Part shown: positions 17,075-28,206 of the stretch, in pieces
Layout of the letters: the number at the start of each line of letters is the position of its first letter
How positions within the stretch are numbered: the first letter of the stretch is position 1
Virus record (IMG/VR): IMGVR_UViG_3300020395_000006
Location: 4,265-68,264 of that record
Reading direction: 5' to 3' (one strand)
DNA length: 64,000 nucleotides
From: a virus
Position numbers and translations under genes: made by a program
Notes under the pieces: model-generated
Database searches by the model: none
The model's input: only the letters and a program-made list of their open reading frames with translations
Told to the model about the DNA's origin: nothing

Positions 17075-19759
17075 TTATGCTTGTCCTCCTAGTGCGATGA
17101 TTAGTGGTGTTAGGGTTGCTTGGATACTCTTATTGAAGGCATCACCTGCAATAGTTCCAGTCTGTTGGTTGATTGTAAAGTCATCACCAATTAAGAAGTT
17201 ACCTCTTTCATCAGTAGATGTATGAACGACTTTACCGCCATTAATGGATATCACCTGATTTTCAGGGATAGTTACTCCACCTTGTGACGGTCTTGCGTTT
17301 GCAATAGTAACTCCAGTTCCAATGTACTCAAATGAGTGTGAAGATGCAAGAATTAATGATTGTCTTGCTACTGGAACAGTTGATCCAACACCTATATTTG
17401 CAGGAATAGTTTGATCAACCGTAACAGTTGATATACCACCTGAAGGGGTTGTTGCACTATTTATAGTGTAATAGGTAGGAGCTAGTGATGCAGTTGCAGT
17501 TGCTGTAATACCTGAAGTAGGAGGTGCTATAGTAACATTGATAGTATCACTTGGTCTATACTGTCTACCATTTGCAAATAAGTTAACAGCAGTGATAGAT
17601 CCAAATCCAGAAACTACTGCTACACCATCTGCAGCAATACCACCTGGACCTGAAGGATCTGAAATATCAACAGTTGGTGGATTTGCACTCGTATAACCAG
17701 ATCCAGGATTGGTTACTGTAACTGAGTTAACATCTTGGAATAATTCACCCACATATATTGCTTGTCCTGAATAAGGTCTGTTATTGCCCAGTCCAGATAA
17801 AACAAATGTATTATCTTCTTCTACTGCTGCAGTAGCAAGACTTGCTGTATAAGTTACAGTACCAATACCCTGTGCTACTAAACCTTTATTACCGAATGAA
17901 CTATTAGAGTTAGTTAGGTCACACTGCCCACCAGATCCACAATAGATACCAACATCAGGACATATTGTAAAGATGGAAACTAACTGACCATAAGCATTAT
18001 CTGTGATTGATACACCAATACCATTTTCATTATATTGTGTGTATGAGTCACAAACCATAGATTTTAGATTTCTAGCACGATCACCATCAATCTTCAAACC
18101 AATAGAATCAGGAACAAAGTTAGTACAGTTTCTTACATAAGGTGACTGTGTTATAAATCCAACATACTCAGATCCAATACCTGCTACACCAAAGTTAGCA
18201 GTAAATGATGTTGAAGTTGTTGATGCAATAGATATGAGTTGCCCTACTTGAGGATCAGTACCTGCCCTTGGATAATATTTTCTAGAATTAAAGTTATCGG
18301 TAGAACATTCTAGTGCAACAGTACCTGTCGCAATTCCCACCAAAGTTGCACCAGCAGTCAAACCATGATCTTCACTAGTTGTTACTGTAGCAACACCACT
18401 CTTACTACTATAATCAAATCCGTATACAGGAAGAGTATCATTATGCCAATTTCCAACACGTACTGCGTCTGCTCCCTTGACCTTGCCGACATTTACAGTA
18501 ATTGTATCACCAACAGCAGCAGTAATAGTAAGTGCTACTCCAGATGCAGGGTCACTTGCTCTTGGATATGAATGATTCGTTTGATGACCATCCTGATCAC
18601 AAGTAAAGGTAACTCCACCATTTGCAATAGTAACCTTATTACTTGTTGTAAGACTATGAGATCCAATATCCATTGTTAGATCTCCACTTATAGGACTATA
18701 AGTAGTACCAGCACCAGCTGTAAAGTTCCCACTTGCACCTGCACTTGCTGTAAGAGCATTAGCAACACCACTTACAAATATATGAGTACCAGTATCCTTG
18801 ACAAATTTATGTATTGTTTCTCTTGGTGGATGGAATGCAACCATCGCACCTGTATTTGCTGCTCCGACAAATGAACAGTTTTGTATTAAGTTTCCGTTAT
18901 CAACATGGAATAAATCTGCTCCAGTATTTGTAGGTATAATTTTACTATTTCTTAGATCATCACCATCAACTGTGACATTCTGTGGTAAAGATATTGGATT
19001 ATTTTCAGGGTATATACCACCTGCTACTCTTATAACATCACCATTCGTTGCTATTGCTGCAGCAGCTTTTACTGATCTCTTTGATGTACTTTGTCTTCTA
19101 CCATCATTACTATCATCTCCATCCTCTGAAACATATATTACATTGAGTGTACTAGCACCTGCACCAACCCATGATAATTGATCACCGTCAGTTGCACCTA
19201 GTACAGAACCTATTCCAGCAGCACTACCTTGAGCATCTAAGAATGTTCCACCTATCTGAACATAACCATTCTGTCCTTGAGGTTGTACTTGTAAAAGATA
19301 TTCAGGTTGAGTACTACCAATACCAACTCGCTGGTTAGTAGGATCATATACAAAGTTAGCAGCACCACCAAATTTTAGATTTGCTTTTTTATATTGTACA
19401 GAATTTACTTTATCAGCAGCATTAGACTCAATTTCCGATAGATCAGACCATGATACTGCAGTTCCTACAGATATAAGTGCTTGACCACTTGTACCTGCAC
19501 TATCTTGAACATCACGTAACTTACCAGTCAGACGCATGTCTGACCTTATATCAACATCATATGCAGGTTGTGTACTTCCCACACCAACCTGACCTGCTGC
19601 AACTATACCGTCAAAATTAGCAGTTGTTGCTACATCTAAACCATACTTCGGATTGGTTTTACCAACACCCGTTCGATTATTATCGGCATCAACAATCAGA
19701 GCGTCTGTTCCTACCTCCAGACCCTTCTCGATACCGAACTTTTTATTTACTGATGCCAT
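17075..19759 (-). CDS. tail fibre / baseplate-associated protein with a pectin-lyase-like beta-helix start
   Basis: RVGIGSTQP repeats; IYVSEDGDD.NDG...GD.IRVAGG.Y.E; QSPYVRNCT; late promoter ATAAATA at 19783-19789. Confidence 0.75.
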   Translation of the reverse strand: MASVNKKFGIEKGLEVGTDALIVDADNNRTGVGKTNPKYGLDVATTANFDGIVAAGQVGVGSTQPAYDVDIRSDMRLTGKLRDVQDSAGTSGQALISVGTAVSWSDLSEIESNAADKVNSVQYKKANLKFGGAANFVYDPTNQRVGIGSTQPEYLLQVQPQGQNGYVQIGGTFLDAQGSAAGIGSVLGATDGDQLSWVGAGASTLNVIYVSEDGDDSNDGRRQSTSKRSVKAAAAIATNGDVIRVAGGIYPENNPISLPQNVTVDGDDLRNSKIIPTNTGADLFHVDNGNLIQNCSFVGAANTGAMVAFHPPRETIHKFVKDTGTHIFVSGVANALTASAGASGNFTAGAGTTYSPISGDLTMDIGSHSLTTSNKVTIANGGVTFTCDQDGHQTNHSYPRASDPASGVALTITAAVGDTITVNVGKVKGADAVRVGNWHNDTLPVYGFDYSSKSGVATVTTSEDHGLTAGATLVGIATGTVALECSTDNFNSRKYYPRAGTDPQVGQLISIASTTSTSFTANFGVAGIGSEYVGFITQSPYVRNCTNFVPDSIGLKIDGDRARNLKSMVCDSYTQYNENGIGVSITDNAYGQLVSIFTICPDVGIYCGSGGQCDLTNSNSSFGNKGLVAQGIGTVTYTASLATAAVEEDNTFVLSGLGNNRPYSGQAIYVGELFQDVNSVTVTNPGSGYTSANPPTVDISDPSGPGGIAADGVAVVSGFGSITAVNLFANGRQYRPSDTINVTIAPPTSGITATATASLAPTYYTINSATTPSGGISTVTVDQTIPANIGVGSTVPVARQSLILASSHSFEYIGTGVTIANARPSQGGVTIPENQVISINGGKVVHTSTDERGNFLIGDDFTINQQTGTIAGDAFNKSIQATLTPLIIALGGQA

Positions 19760-19788
19760 CTAATGAGTACTCTCCGTATGTGTATTTA

Positions 19789-22700
19789 TCAAGAAGTACG
19801 CATGATATATGCCAAAGCAAAATATGGTGGTAAGTTTTTGTTAGTTCCAGCAACACCTTCCTGATCAACAGTTGTAGCAACAGTAATTCCAGTACTATTA
19901 CTGCTAGATGTCATCGTCTGTGTATTGGATAGATTAGATCTATCATTCAAGGTGTTACCATCACCAGTATCATCATTATTAGAACCAAATGTGTGTGAGT
20001 GTTGAGGATCATTTACAGCTGATGTTGCATCGTGATCGTGAGCAACAACTACAGCATCTTTACTACCACCAATGTGTTTACCTGTACCTTCAATAGTTGT
20101 CTCCCACCTACTATCACCAGTATCATAATCATTTGCAGCGATAACAAACTGATTTCTTAGGTTAGGTGTTCCAGAAGTACCATCACATAACGCCCAGTTT
20201 GTTGGAACTGCAGTCTTTGCACCAGACCACATAATAATACCACCAATAGGAACTACACCTTTACCAATAAATTTATCTGCAGTTACATCACCTGTAACAG
20301 TAGTATCTCCACCAACAGTTAGATCATCCGTGATATTTGCATCATCTGTAGATGTTAGTTGCTCTGCAGTTATAGTACCTGCAGTTATAGTACCTGTAAA
20401 TGTTGATATACCAGTTACTTCTAGTCTATCTACAGAATAATGTTCACTATCACCTGCCTTAGAAATAGGACCGAAACGTTTCCATGTCTGATTGGTCTTT
20501 ACCCATCCTATGTAACCACCTTCATCAAAAGAAGTTCTGAATAGGATACTATCTGTACTACTGGTAGGTGTAGTATTGCCACCATGTATTCCAACAAATA
20601 CACTCTGACCAATATTACCTGAACGATTACCTCTAAGAAGTAAATCTACAACCTCAGTATCACCATTTGACTGGAATGCAGTATCTGCAATTAGATTATC
20701 AAATGTAGCATCAGCAGGGAGAACTGTATCACCAACTTCTCCACCTGATCTACCACCAACTCCACCTACTAACTTAAGTTTATTAGTTGCTGAATCAACC
20801 TTTACATTACCAATATAGAAGTCACCCTGATCATTCATACCAGTGTAGACTATAAATCCACCTCTAGTTTGTAATGATTGAGCAGTTAATTCTTCTTTAT
20901 CAGATCTTACTCTATCCTGTACCTGTGGCATTGCGGTAGAATAATTTCCTGGTCCAAAACCAACATACTCAAATGTATGTCCAGATGCCCTCAATACAGA
21001 ATATCTTCTGTTTTCTACTGGTAATACTTTTATCTTTCTTACCGATACCTCTTTATCATGTGCTACTGCATTAGTTCCTAATACACCACGTAAAACCGTT
21101 GTTATCTGTGTATTTGAAACCATTACAATTTCATCTTCAATTTGTAGGAAATCTCCTCTTCTCAGATTACCTTTTCCTGCTAATGTAATACCTGATGCAG
21201 TAGATGCTAGATCAGCATTTAACTTAGTAGTAAAACCACCGTATAATGGTATACCTCTACCATGTCCTCTTACTGATATACCTGTCCCGTATGCAGTTGC
21301 AATACCAGTGAATGCAGGAGCATTTGATGATATACCAAGATTGACTGATAAAGAAGTACCATAACCTAGTCTATCTGTAATAAAGTGAGTTCCATTATAA
21401 ACTGAAGAGAAATCAGTACAACCAGTAATGGTAATCTGGTCTCCTCTTCGTAAACCAATATCACCATTCAAACGAACAGTCGCAATTCCACTTATAGCAT
21501 CATGTGATATAGCTGCTATTCCAGTACTAACACCCACATGATATACCTGTCCACCAGAACCAACGCCATCAGCAGATCCATTGACTTTGAATGTATCTTT
21601 ATCTGTAACTTCTTTTATTCTATAAAGACCATCATAAGAATCACTAGAAACACCAACAATCTCGACAACATCACCAACATTGTTCAAGATTTCAGAAATA
21701 CCAACAGTACAATCTGTTCCTGGAGTATGGAATGGTACACCTCTTACAGTAAGAGTATCATCCATACTATAACCCGATCCAGGATTAGCCAATTCAATAC
21801 TACTAATGGTAGAAGCAGCAGAGACTGTAACGTCTGCCGTTGCTCCTTCACCAGTTCCACCTTCTAATCTTATGTTATAATAGAACTCAGCAGATCCACT
21901 GTTAGTACCATACTGAGCACCACCAGTAATACTTTGTATTCCAACAATACCATTGAACCCATGATCAACTTCTGTATTGAAAGTAAGAGTTCCACTTGCT
22001 GTAGCAGAACTAGTAATAGTCTTTACAACACCAAACTCTTTTAGGAAAGAATGTATACCTTCCTTGGTTATACTTCTTGTTGGATCATTGGTTTCAACAT
22101 TACCAATCTCATCTCTTACAGCATAACTTACTGCTGCTTTAGGATCATCAACCCTATTATTCACATCATCTGATGGAATTATATCAATTATGTCCTGTCC
22201 AAAGTAGTTACTTGCAGTTGAGAAAGGAGTTACATTAGGTTGAGAAATATATCCACGTAATGTTAGATTATATTCTCCATCCTGAACACCTTGCTTATAC
22301 TCCTGAATAGTATCAGCAGTATTGATCTGATAACTTACACTGAAGTCCTTTCTATTAAAGTATGGAGTGAATGTACGTCCAGATCCTACAATAGTTCTAT
22401 CATGGAAGGTATATGGAATACCAGAAGTAATTGTAGTAATTCCACCTGGATTAGTATTCAGTCCAACGTTGAATGAAGTAGCATTGTTTACACCTGTTAC
22501 TTCAAATATACCATTATAACCACTGTTATCAGTACCAGATGTATTGTTAACACTCCTTAGTCTCTTGATTTCAACTATATGTCCTTGCTTCAATCCATGA
22601 GGATGTTCTGCTGTAATGATACCAACATTACTTGCCCATGAAGCATTAATAATCGCACTCTTAGATCTTAGATTTGATTCTGATGTCAGAGTAAGATTAT

Positions 22701-25119
22701 CATTTTGATAATTTGTATCATCAGGAACTGATGAGGTTTCTTCAATACTGAAACCTGCTATAGGACTTCCAGCTAAACTAGATGTCTGTGGAATAACATA
22801 CTTTACACTATATTTCTTGTCACTATTCGGTCTTCTGTCAAGAGTTCTTTGAACACTAGCAGTTCTAGTTTTTGGTGTGATAGAAGTTTGTTGTGACTTT
22901 ATAGCAGCACGTAAACTATTACCAACACCTACGTTTATATACCAACCTGAAGTATCATGTTGAACTGGATGTCCAGGATCACCTGGTTCCTTGTCAGTTA
23001 CATTTGAAACTACCCTAAGAAGACCACCCTTATTATTGATACCCGTGATCTCGTTTCCTGCAACGGCATTGTTGAACGTAGATGCTAACTGAATCTGATC
23101 TGCATTCAATGATGCTGTTATAGCATAATAAGTTCTATTATAATCTATACCATCAGGTAAAGATCCATCTTCAGAATAAACACGTACCGTTTCTCCTGCG
23201 TTGAATTTATGATCTGATTGTAATGTTATAGTACTACTGGTAATACTATTGATACCACTAACCCTTCCTACAAACAGTTCCTTCTTACCTGATACCCGTT
23301 CATCAGGATCAGTTTGTGGTACAGGCATAAGAATGTCAGCACCATAGACTGTATTTCCTATACTTACTTGTAATTTATCTCCTACCTTTGCACCTATAGT
23401 AAACCCATTGGAGACTACATTTGGTTTATTATCCTTTTGCTGATAATTGTAGATATAAAGCTTAGTATCAGTACTCAAACCTGCTGTTATATCAACATCA
23501 AGTGGTAAGAATGATACTCTAGTCTCCTTTGCAAAATTCTTTTGAGGTGGATCTATTTCAACAATATATCCTTTATCATCTTTCAAAAATGCATCGGATC
23601 TAAACTTATCTGCCTCAAGTGCCTTGGCACCAAAGTTAGAGTTAGAGTTGGTGATTGACATATCACCACCATGCACAGCAACAAAATGCTGTGCATATCC
23701 AATAGCAAAAGTAGAAACTGCCTGAATAATACCTTTATTTCCTACTTTTATATGATAATTACTCCAGTCAGGTTTATGTTTTGATAAACTATCAGTATGA
23801 AGTGATACACCTGAACCTAGTGCTGCCTGATCTTGCCATGCTCCAGTAGTAGTATTATACTTTACATATGCATTATCATCTTTATTCAGTGCAACACCAG
23901 TAAACTGTGCCACAACCATTGATTTGAAACCAGTTGCTTTAGCACCATCAGCGTTTAGACCGCATAATCCATATACAGATCTAATAGAACAATTATAAAT
24001 GTATGGTGAAGATGAAGATACAGTATCACTTTCTACCTTTGCTACTGGATTCAATCCAGATAGACTTGGTGTAGCAGTTGAAGTTGGTGTAACAGGAACA
24101 GAATATGTGAATGATGTTTCACTTAGAACCTGTGATACAACATAAGTTCCATCATAATTACTATCATTTACACCATTGATTAGAACAGGAGTTCCAACAT
24201 CAAATCCATGATCTGTTGATGTTATTACAGTAACAATCGGTGTTGCAACTGAGTCTGTTGGATTAGATCCAGAATAGATATCACTTACTGCAATATCTCC
24301 AACTTGTGATATAGCACCTACAATCCTAGATTCATCAATAACCTTTTCAAAATCTTTATTGGTTGGATAAACAGGTAATGCTCTACCACTATTAGTACCA
24401 TATGCAAGCGTAAGCTTAGCATAGTACATATCAAGATCAGTATTACCCTTACCAGTGATTGTGTTTACACCATCAGCATACTCAAAACAAGTTACCTTAT
24501 GATGAGAATAATTTGGTGCATAAACATTTGAAGTATAATCCTTGAATACTCTATCATTTGACTCAGCATCAAAGAAACTAAACCCATAGAAGAAACATCC
24601 ACCAGTTACCCTGAATATTGCTGTGGATGCAATTGAATCATTGGATGGATTAGGAACATATTTTGGTCTTATCTTAGTCTTTCTTAGATCTTGCCCTACA
24701 ACTGATGTACCACGAGGAACTACTACACCACCACTTGCACTATTAAACTTATATAATACGTTATTAGGATCTTGAATATCAAAATTTGAACCAATAGAAA
24801 ATTGGTCAATCGTTGCTGCAGTATTATTTACATCGGTAATGGTGCCAGATGTGTTGATTTGCAGTCCAGGTCTATTATCAATATAATGAGTACCTGGTGA
24901 AATAAGTATAGTTGTCTTATCAAACTTATCATTACTTCCACCTACCTGATATGAAAACCTAGCAGACTCTAATAACGCCCTTTGAATAGTTTTAAAAGGT
25001 CGAGCACGGGAATTCCCGCTATTGCTTATATCATCTGTTGCATCAAGTTCCTCTGGATTAACGTAAATTACGTTTCCAGTGACATTCTTGAGAAAATTTT
25101 CGAGTCTGCTTAACGGCAT
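19789..25119 (-). CDS. large tail fibre / baseplate protein with C-terminal tail-collar domain (1776 aa)
   Basis: RPFKTIQRAL N-terminus typical of cyanophage fibres; collar motif PIGGIIMWSG...WALCDG...TPNLRNQF; ends NLPPYFALAYIMR. Confidence 0.8.
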   Translation of the reverse strand: MPLSRLENFLKNVTGNVIYVNPEELDATDDISNSGNSRARPFKTIQRALLESARFSYQVGGSNDKFDKTTILISPGTHYIDNRPGLQINTSGTITDVNNTAATIDQFSIGSNFDIQDPNNVLYKFNSASGGVVVPRGTSVVGQDLRKTKIRPKYVPNPSNDSIASTAIFRVTGGCFFYGFSFFDAESNDRVFKDYTSNVYAPNYSHHKVTCFEYADGVNTITGKGNTDLDMYYAKLTLAYGTNSGRALPVYPTNKDFEKVIDESRIVGAISQVGDIAVSDIYSGSNPTDSVATPIVTVITSTDHGFDVGTPVLINGVNDSNYDGTYVVSQVLSETSFTYSVPVTPTSTATPSLSGLNPVAKVESDTVSSSSPYIYNCSIRSVYGLCGLNADGAKATGFKSMVVAQFTGVALNKDDNAYVKYNTTTGAWQDQAALGSGVSLHTDSLSKHKPDWSNYHIKVGNKGIIQAVSTFAIGYAQHFVAVHGGDMSITNSNSNFGAKALEADKFRSDAFLKDDKGYIVEIDPPQKNFAKETRVSFLPLDVDITAGLSTDTKLYIYNYQQKDNKPNVVSNGFTIGAKVGDKLQVSIGNTVYGADILMPVPQTDPDERVSGKKELFVGRVSGINSITSSTITLQSDHKFNAGETVRVYSEDGSLPDGIDYNRTYYAITASLNADQIQLASTFNNAVAGNEITGINNKGGLLRVVSNVTDKEPGDPGHPVQHDTSGWYINVGVGNSLRAAIKSQQTSITPKTRTASVQRTLDRRPNSDKKYSVKYVIPQTSSLAGSPIAGFSIEETSSVPDDTNYQNDNLTLTSESNLRSKSAIINASWASNVGIITAEHPHGLKQGHIVEIKRLRSVNNTSGTDNSGYNGIFEVTGVNNATSFNVGLNTNPGGITTITSGIPYTFHDRTIVGSGRTFTPYFNRKDFSVSYQINTADTIQEYKQGVQDGEYNLTLRGYISQPNVTPFSTASNYFGQDIIDIIPSDDVNNRVDDPKAAVSYAVRDEIGNVETNDPTRSITKEGIHSFLKEFGVVKTITSSATASGTLTFNTEVDHGFNGIVGIQSITGGAQYGTNSGSAEFYYNIRLEGGTGEGATADVTVSAASTISSIELANPGSGYSMDDTLTVRGVPFHTPGTDCTVGISEILNNVGDVVEIVGVSSDSYDGLYRIKEVTDKDTFKVNGSADGVGSGGQVYHVGVSTGIAAISHDAISGIATVRLNGDIGLRRGDQITITGCTDFSSVYNGTHFITDRLGYGTSLSVNLGISSNAPAFTGIATAYGTGISVRGHGRGIPLYGGFTTKLNADLASTASGITLAGKGNLRRGDFLQIEDEIVMVSNTQITTVLRGVLGTNAVAHDKEVSVRKIKVLPVENRRYSVLRASGHTFEYVGFGPGNYSTAMPQVQDRVRSDKEELTAQSLQTRGGFIVYTGMNDQGDFYIGNVKVDSATNKLKLVGGVGGRSGGEVGDTVLPADATFDNLIADTAFQSNGDTEVVDLLLRGNRSGNIGQSVFVGIHGGNTTPTSSTDSILFRTSFDEGGYIGWVKTNQTWKRFGPISKAGDSEHYSVDRLEVTGISTFTGTITAGTITAEQLTSTDDANITDDLTVGGDTTVTGDVTADKFIGKGVVPIGGIIMWSGAKTAVPTNWALCDGTSGTPNLRNQFVIAANDYDTGDSRWETTIEGTGKHIGGSKDAVVVAHDHDATSAVNDPQHSHTFGSNNDDTGDGNTLNDRSNLSNTQTMTSSSNSTGITVATTVDQEGVAGTNKNLPPYFALAYIMRTS

Positions 25120-25123
25120 AACC

Positions 25124-25159
25124 TATAAATACTGACACCATCTCTTCATCTTATTTATA
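25124..25159. promoter_or_regulatory. two face-to-face T4 late promoters
   Basis: TATAAATA on + at 25124-25131 and on - at 25152-25159. Confidence 0.75.
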
Positions 25160-25161
25160 CT

Positions 25162-25893
25162 ATGGCAAGTGGTCCAGAAACAGAAAAACTAATAGTAACC
25201 TTTGAATCTAAGATAGATCAATCGAGAAAAGATAAGAAAGGTATCGAAGATGCTGAAAAAGGCTCCGACATAAAAGATGGAGAAGGAAATCTCCTGGCAA
25301 AAATAGAAAATCTAACTGAGGTTATTAATAGATTCAGTCCTGCGACCCAAGGAATAGATGAACGTATTCTATCTATAAACGCACAGATCAATAGCAACCA
25401 GACAGATTTATTCAATTTATATACTGGTGCTACTCAAGCAGGTTGTACTACACATACAATTCCAATGTATGATGCCTTGAGAGATGATGTAAGAGGATAC
25501 ACTTACGAATTTGCTAGTCCGACATATAATGGGACAACTCCATTTGATGAAAGTAATACTCTAATAACATCAGCAAATCTAGGTTTTGGAACTTATACTG
25601 GTATAACACAAGTAAGTCTTGGAACTTTCTTTGGATATGATTCAACAGAATCTGGTTGTGCTGGTTTTGCTGCAAGTATAACTACTGCTGAAAATAACGT
25701 ATCATCCCTCAGAACACAAAGGGATGCCATAAGGACATCCCAAAACGGACTAAAAGAATCTAGAATGGAATATCAAGTTCAAAGATATGGATTTTCTAGA
25801 AGTAAAAAGGAACTAGATGATTCAATAGTAGTAGATAATGGTATAATAGATTTATTACAAAACCCAGAACTAACCCAATACTTCAAGGAATAA
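25162..25893 (+). CDS. hypothetical late coiled-coil protein
   Basis: 243-aa ORF behind a late promoter; helical N- and C-terminal parts. Confidence 0.7.
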   Translation: MASGPETEKLIVTFESKIDQSRKDKKGIEDAEKGSDIKDGEGNLLAKIENLTEVINRFSPATQGIDERILSINAQINSNQTDLFNLYTGATQAGCTTHTIPMYDALRDDVRGYTYEFASPTYNGTTPFDESNTLITSANLGFGTYTGITQVSLGTFFGYDSTESGCAGFAASITTAENNVSSLRTQRDAIRTSQNGLKESRMEYQVQRYGFSRSKKELDDSIVVDNGIIDLLQNPELTQYFKE

Positions 25894-26064
25894 TTATCTC
25901 CTTCCCTTGAATCTATTTTTCTTAGGTTTAGATGGATTTTTCCAATTGAATGAAGTTTTTGATGCTTTGCATCTCTTTATATGAGATCCAAACTCAATCC
26001 TATTATTCAATTCATGTCCACACATAGGACATCGGATTTTTCTATCATTTCTTCGACTTGACAT
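25894..26064 (-). CDS. small basic C2HC zinc-finger protein (56 aa)
   Basis: Manually translated MSSRRNDRKIRCPMCGHELNNRIEFGSHIKRCKASK...; C-x2-C-x12-H-x3-C spacing. Confidence 0.6.
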   Translation of the reverse strand: MSSRRNDRKIRCPMCGHELNNRIEFGSHIKRCKASKTSFNWKNPSKPKKNRFKGRR

Positions 26065-26314
26065 TAGACTTCATCACTGCTCTTTTGCCTTCATGGCCAT
26101 GAGCAATTCCTAATTCATGCATTTTAGAGTGTTCATCAATCTCATCTCTGAGTCCTTCTTTACCTGAACCAAAAGTCATGTATATACCATAACCTAAAAG
26201 TCCTATAACAATAACTGCTATAAAAATTGGAATGGCAAGACCTGGTTCAATTAATGGTTGCTTTTCCCATGTGCCTGGTAAATGATACACGGATGGACTG
26301 GATAAAAAAATCAT
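26045..26314 (-). CDS. psbN: PsbN-like photosystem II assembly protein
   Basis: One transmembrane helix followed by GYGIYMTFG---LRD-IDEH, matching PsbN GY--Y--FG---LRDP-EEH. Confidence 0.7.
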   Translation of the reverse strand: MIFLSSPSVYHLPGTWEKQPLIEPGLAIPIFIAVIVIGLLGYGIYMTFGSGKEGLRDEIDEHSKMHELGIAHGHEGKRAVMKSNVKSKK

Positions 26315-26517
26315 ACGTAAACAATATCGGTTGCAGTTTGATCCTGAGCTTCTCTGACTACATCTAATACAGACATAAACTGATCAGTAGTATCACAGGT
26401 AACAGTTTTTTCTGTACCAAGAGATCCATGCATTGAGAATGAACGCTTAGTCACATCCACTTCAACAAGTTCAACAAATTCTTCGGGCATTGGATTTTTA
26501 CTGATGTCCTCTATCAT
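26311..26517 (-). CDS. hypothetical protein
   Basis: ORF track; 4-bp overlap with the psbN-like gene. Confidence 0.65.
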   Translation of the reverse strand: MIEDISKNPMPEEFVELVEVDVTKRSFSMHGSLGTEKTVTCDTTDQFMSVLDVVREAQDQTATDIVYV

Positions 26518-26542
26518 AGCATGTGTAAGTTATATGGTCAAC

Positions 26543-26827
26543 CTACTTCCTTTTCGGTCTTACAATATTTTTCAACGTGGTTGGTTTCTTTGGTTCTTCA
26601 ACCTTTATTGGTTCTGCAATAACAGTATAATATGCATTGAGTGAACCTCCACCACCATTTCTTATAATAACTTTAGTCCCCCACTGTATTTCTTTTACAA
26701 ATAATTCTTGTGCTGTTCCAATTGGAGTAAGTTGTACTACAATTGATTCTGGAATAATTTTACCTTGCCATTCCTCTGGCAATTCAATTATTCCGTCTGT
26801 GTGGACTGTTCCAGATTTTGTAAACAT
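26543..26827 (-). CDS. small protein resembling a fibre/spike C-terminal domain
   Basis: IELPEEW...ESIVVQLTPIG..QELFV...YYTVIAE. Confidence 0.6.
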   Translation of the reverse strand: MFTKSGTVHTDGIIELPEEWQGKIIPESIVVQLTPIGTAQELFVKEIQWGTKVIIRNGGGGSLNAYYTVIAEPIKVEEPKKPTTLKNIVRPKRK

Positions 26828-27639
26828 TGCTCTAGATGATCAATTCGCTTGTTTTGTTCTTTAATAGCTTCAACTAAAAGTCCTACTAGGTTTTCATATT
26901 GAATTCCCTTTACAGGAAGACTCTCACCTTTACTATCAATCGTAGTATTTATCACCACTTCTGGAACTACTTTTTCAGTATCTTGTGCAATCAAACCCAT
27001 CTTAGTTCCTGGAGCATTTTTACCAAGAGCAAAATGATCCCATTCAAAAGTAACACCTTTCAGTGCTAGAACTTTGGCAAGAGGTGATAATATAGGTTGT
27101 ATATTCTTCTTTAATTTTCTATCTGAATGAGCGTGCAGGAAAGCTAGTGGTGTGCCATTATATGTCCAGAATCCTCTTAGTGTTCCAGGACTAGCAGTCA
27201 ATGTCATTGCTAGTGCTGCACAGAATTTATTAGGTTCTGCTGAAGTTTCTCCACCTACTGCTGTCTGTCTTCCTATTCTATTATGAAACCCAAGCATATT
27301 CTTGAGTCCTATACCATTATGAATTCCAATATTATTGGTAACACCAATCATATTACTCAGACCAAACGCATTCAAATATCCCATCAGGTGTGTACCACCT
27401 GTTACTTCAAGGGTTAGACCTGGAACTGCTGATACGAACGGTGGGATTCCTGGTCCCATTTGAACGACTGCTCTTGCAAATCCTAATTGAGGTGTTGCAC
27501 CAAAAAATGCAGGACCAACACATGCTAGTGTTCCATTGAAAGGAAGTAACTTGTTCAGCGTTAACGCTGACATATCAAGTTTTAATGGTATAGTTGGACC
27601 AATATAAACTTTCTGTGCTGATACTTCTGGCGATTCCAT
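26788..27639 (-). CDS. tail spike-related protein with C-terminal intramolecular chaperone (peptidase S74)
   Basis: SDRKLKKNI...GLIAQD.EKVVPEVV...Y..LV.LLVEAIKEQ. Confidence 0.75.
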   Translation of the reverse strand: MESPEVSAQKVYIGPTIPLKLDMSALTLNKLLPFNGTLACVGPAFFGATPQLGFARAVVQMGPGIPPFVSAVPGLTLEVTGGTHLMGYLNAFGLSNMIGVTNNIGIHNGIGLKNMLGFHNRIGRQTAVGGETSAEPNKFCAALAMTLTASPGTLRGFWTYNGTPLAFLHAHSDRKLKKNIQPILSPLAKVLALKGVTFEWDHFALGKNAPGTKMGLIAQDTEKVVPEVVINTTIDSKGESLPVKGIQYENLVGLLVEAIKEQNKRIDHLEQCLQNLEQSTQTE

Positions 27640-28206
27640 TTATGCCCCCAAAGCAAATTGTTCTATCAAACTATCTACAACATCATTTATACTTGTTGGT
27701 ATAAGTTTGGTTTTCTTTTCATAGACGTAAACTGGATTTCCAACTATAAGATGCCACCCTGCGGCTCGTGAGAATATATTTTGTCCTGCATCTAATGCAT
27801 AATTGGTTGCTATAATTTTAACATTTCTATCAGCATCTATCCTTGTATCCTTTCTAGAATTTATAATTACATCCTCTGCAGCATCTAGGGTTATATTACC
27901 TGTCACGGTTTTCATCTTTATATTATTCATAGCAGTTATATTAACATCTCCCTCAGAATATATGGTAAGTGGTGATTTACCTTTATTCACTAACGAAGAA
28001 CCATCTGCATTCTTTTGATCTACTCCTCTAAGTTCCCAACCACCATCTTTGAAAATCCTCAAACTTGCACCAGATCCAGCAGCTAACTGAACCTGATCTG
28101 GACGATCAACTTTGGCTTCTGTTCTACGACCTATCCGAAGATAACCATCTTCAGGGGTATTAATAATAAGAGGTGGTGATGTGCGATTAGGATGAATATC
28201 TGTCAT
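27640..28206 (-). CDS. gp5 C-terminal-like beta-helix spike segment
   Basis: Repeating beta strands (GDVNITA, GNITLDA, RIDADRN); immediately downstream of gp5. Confidence 0.6.
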   Translation of the reverse strand: MTDIHPNRTSPPLIINTPEDGYLRIGRRTEAKVDRPDQVQLAAGSGASLRIFKDGGWELRGVDQKNADGSSLVNKGKSPLTIYSEGDVNITAMNNIKMKTVTGNITLDAAEDVIINSRKDTRIDADRNVKIIATNYALDAGQNIFSRAAGWHLIVGNPVYVYEKKTKLIPTSINDVVDSLIEQFALGA

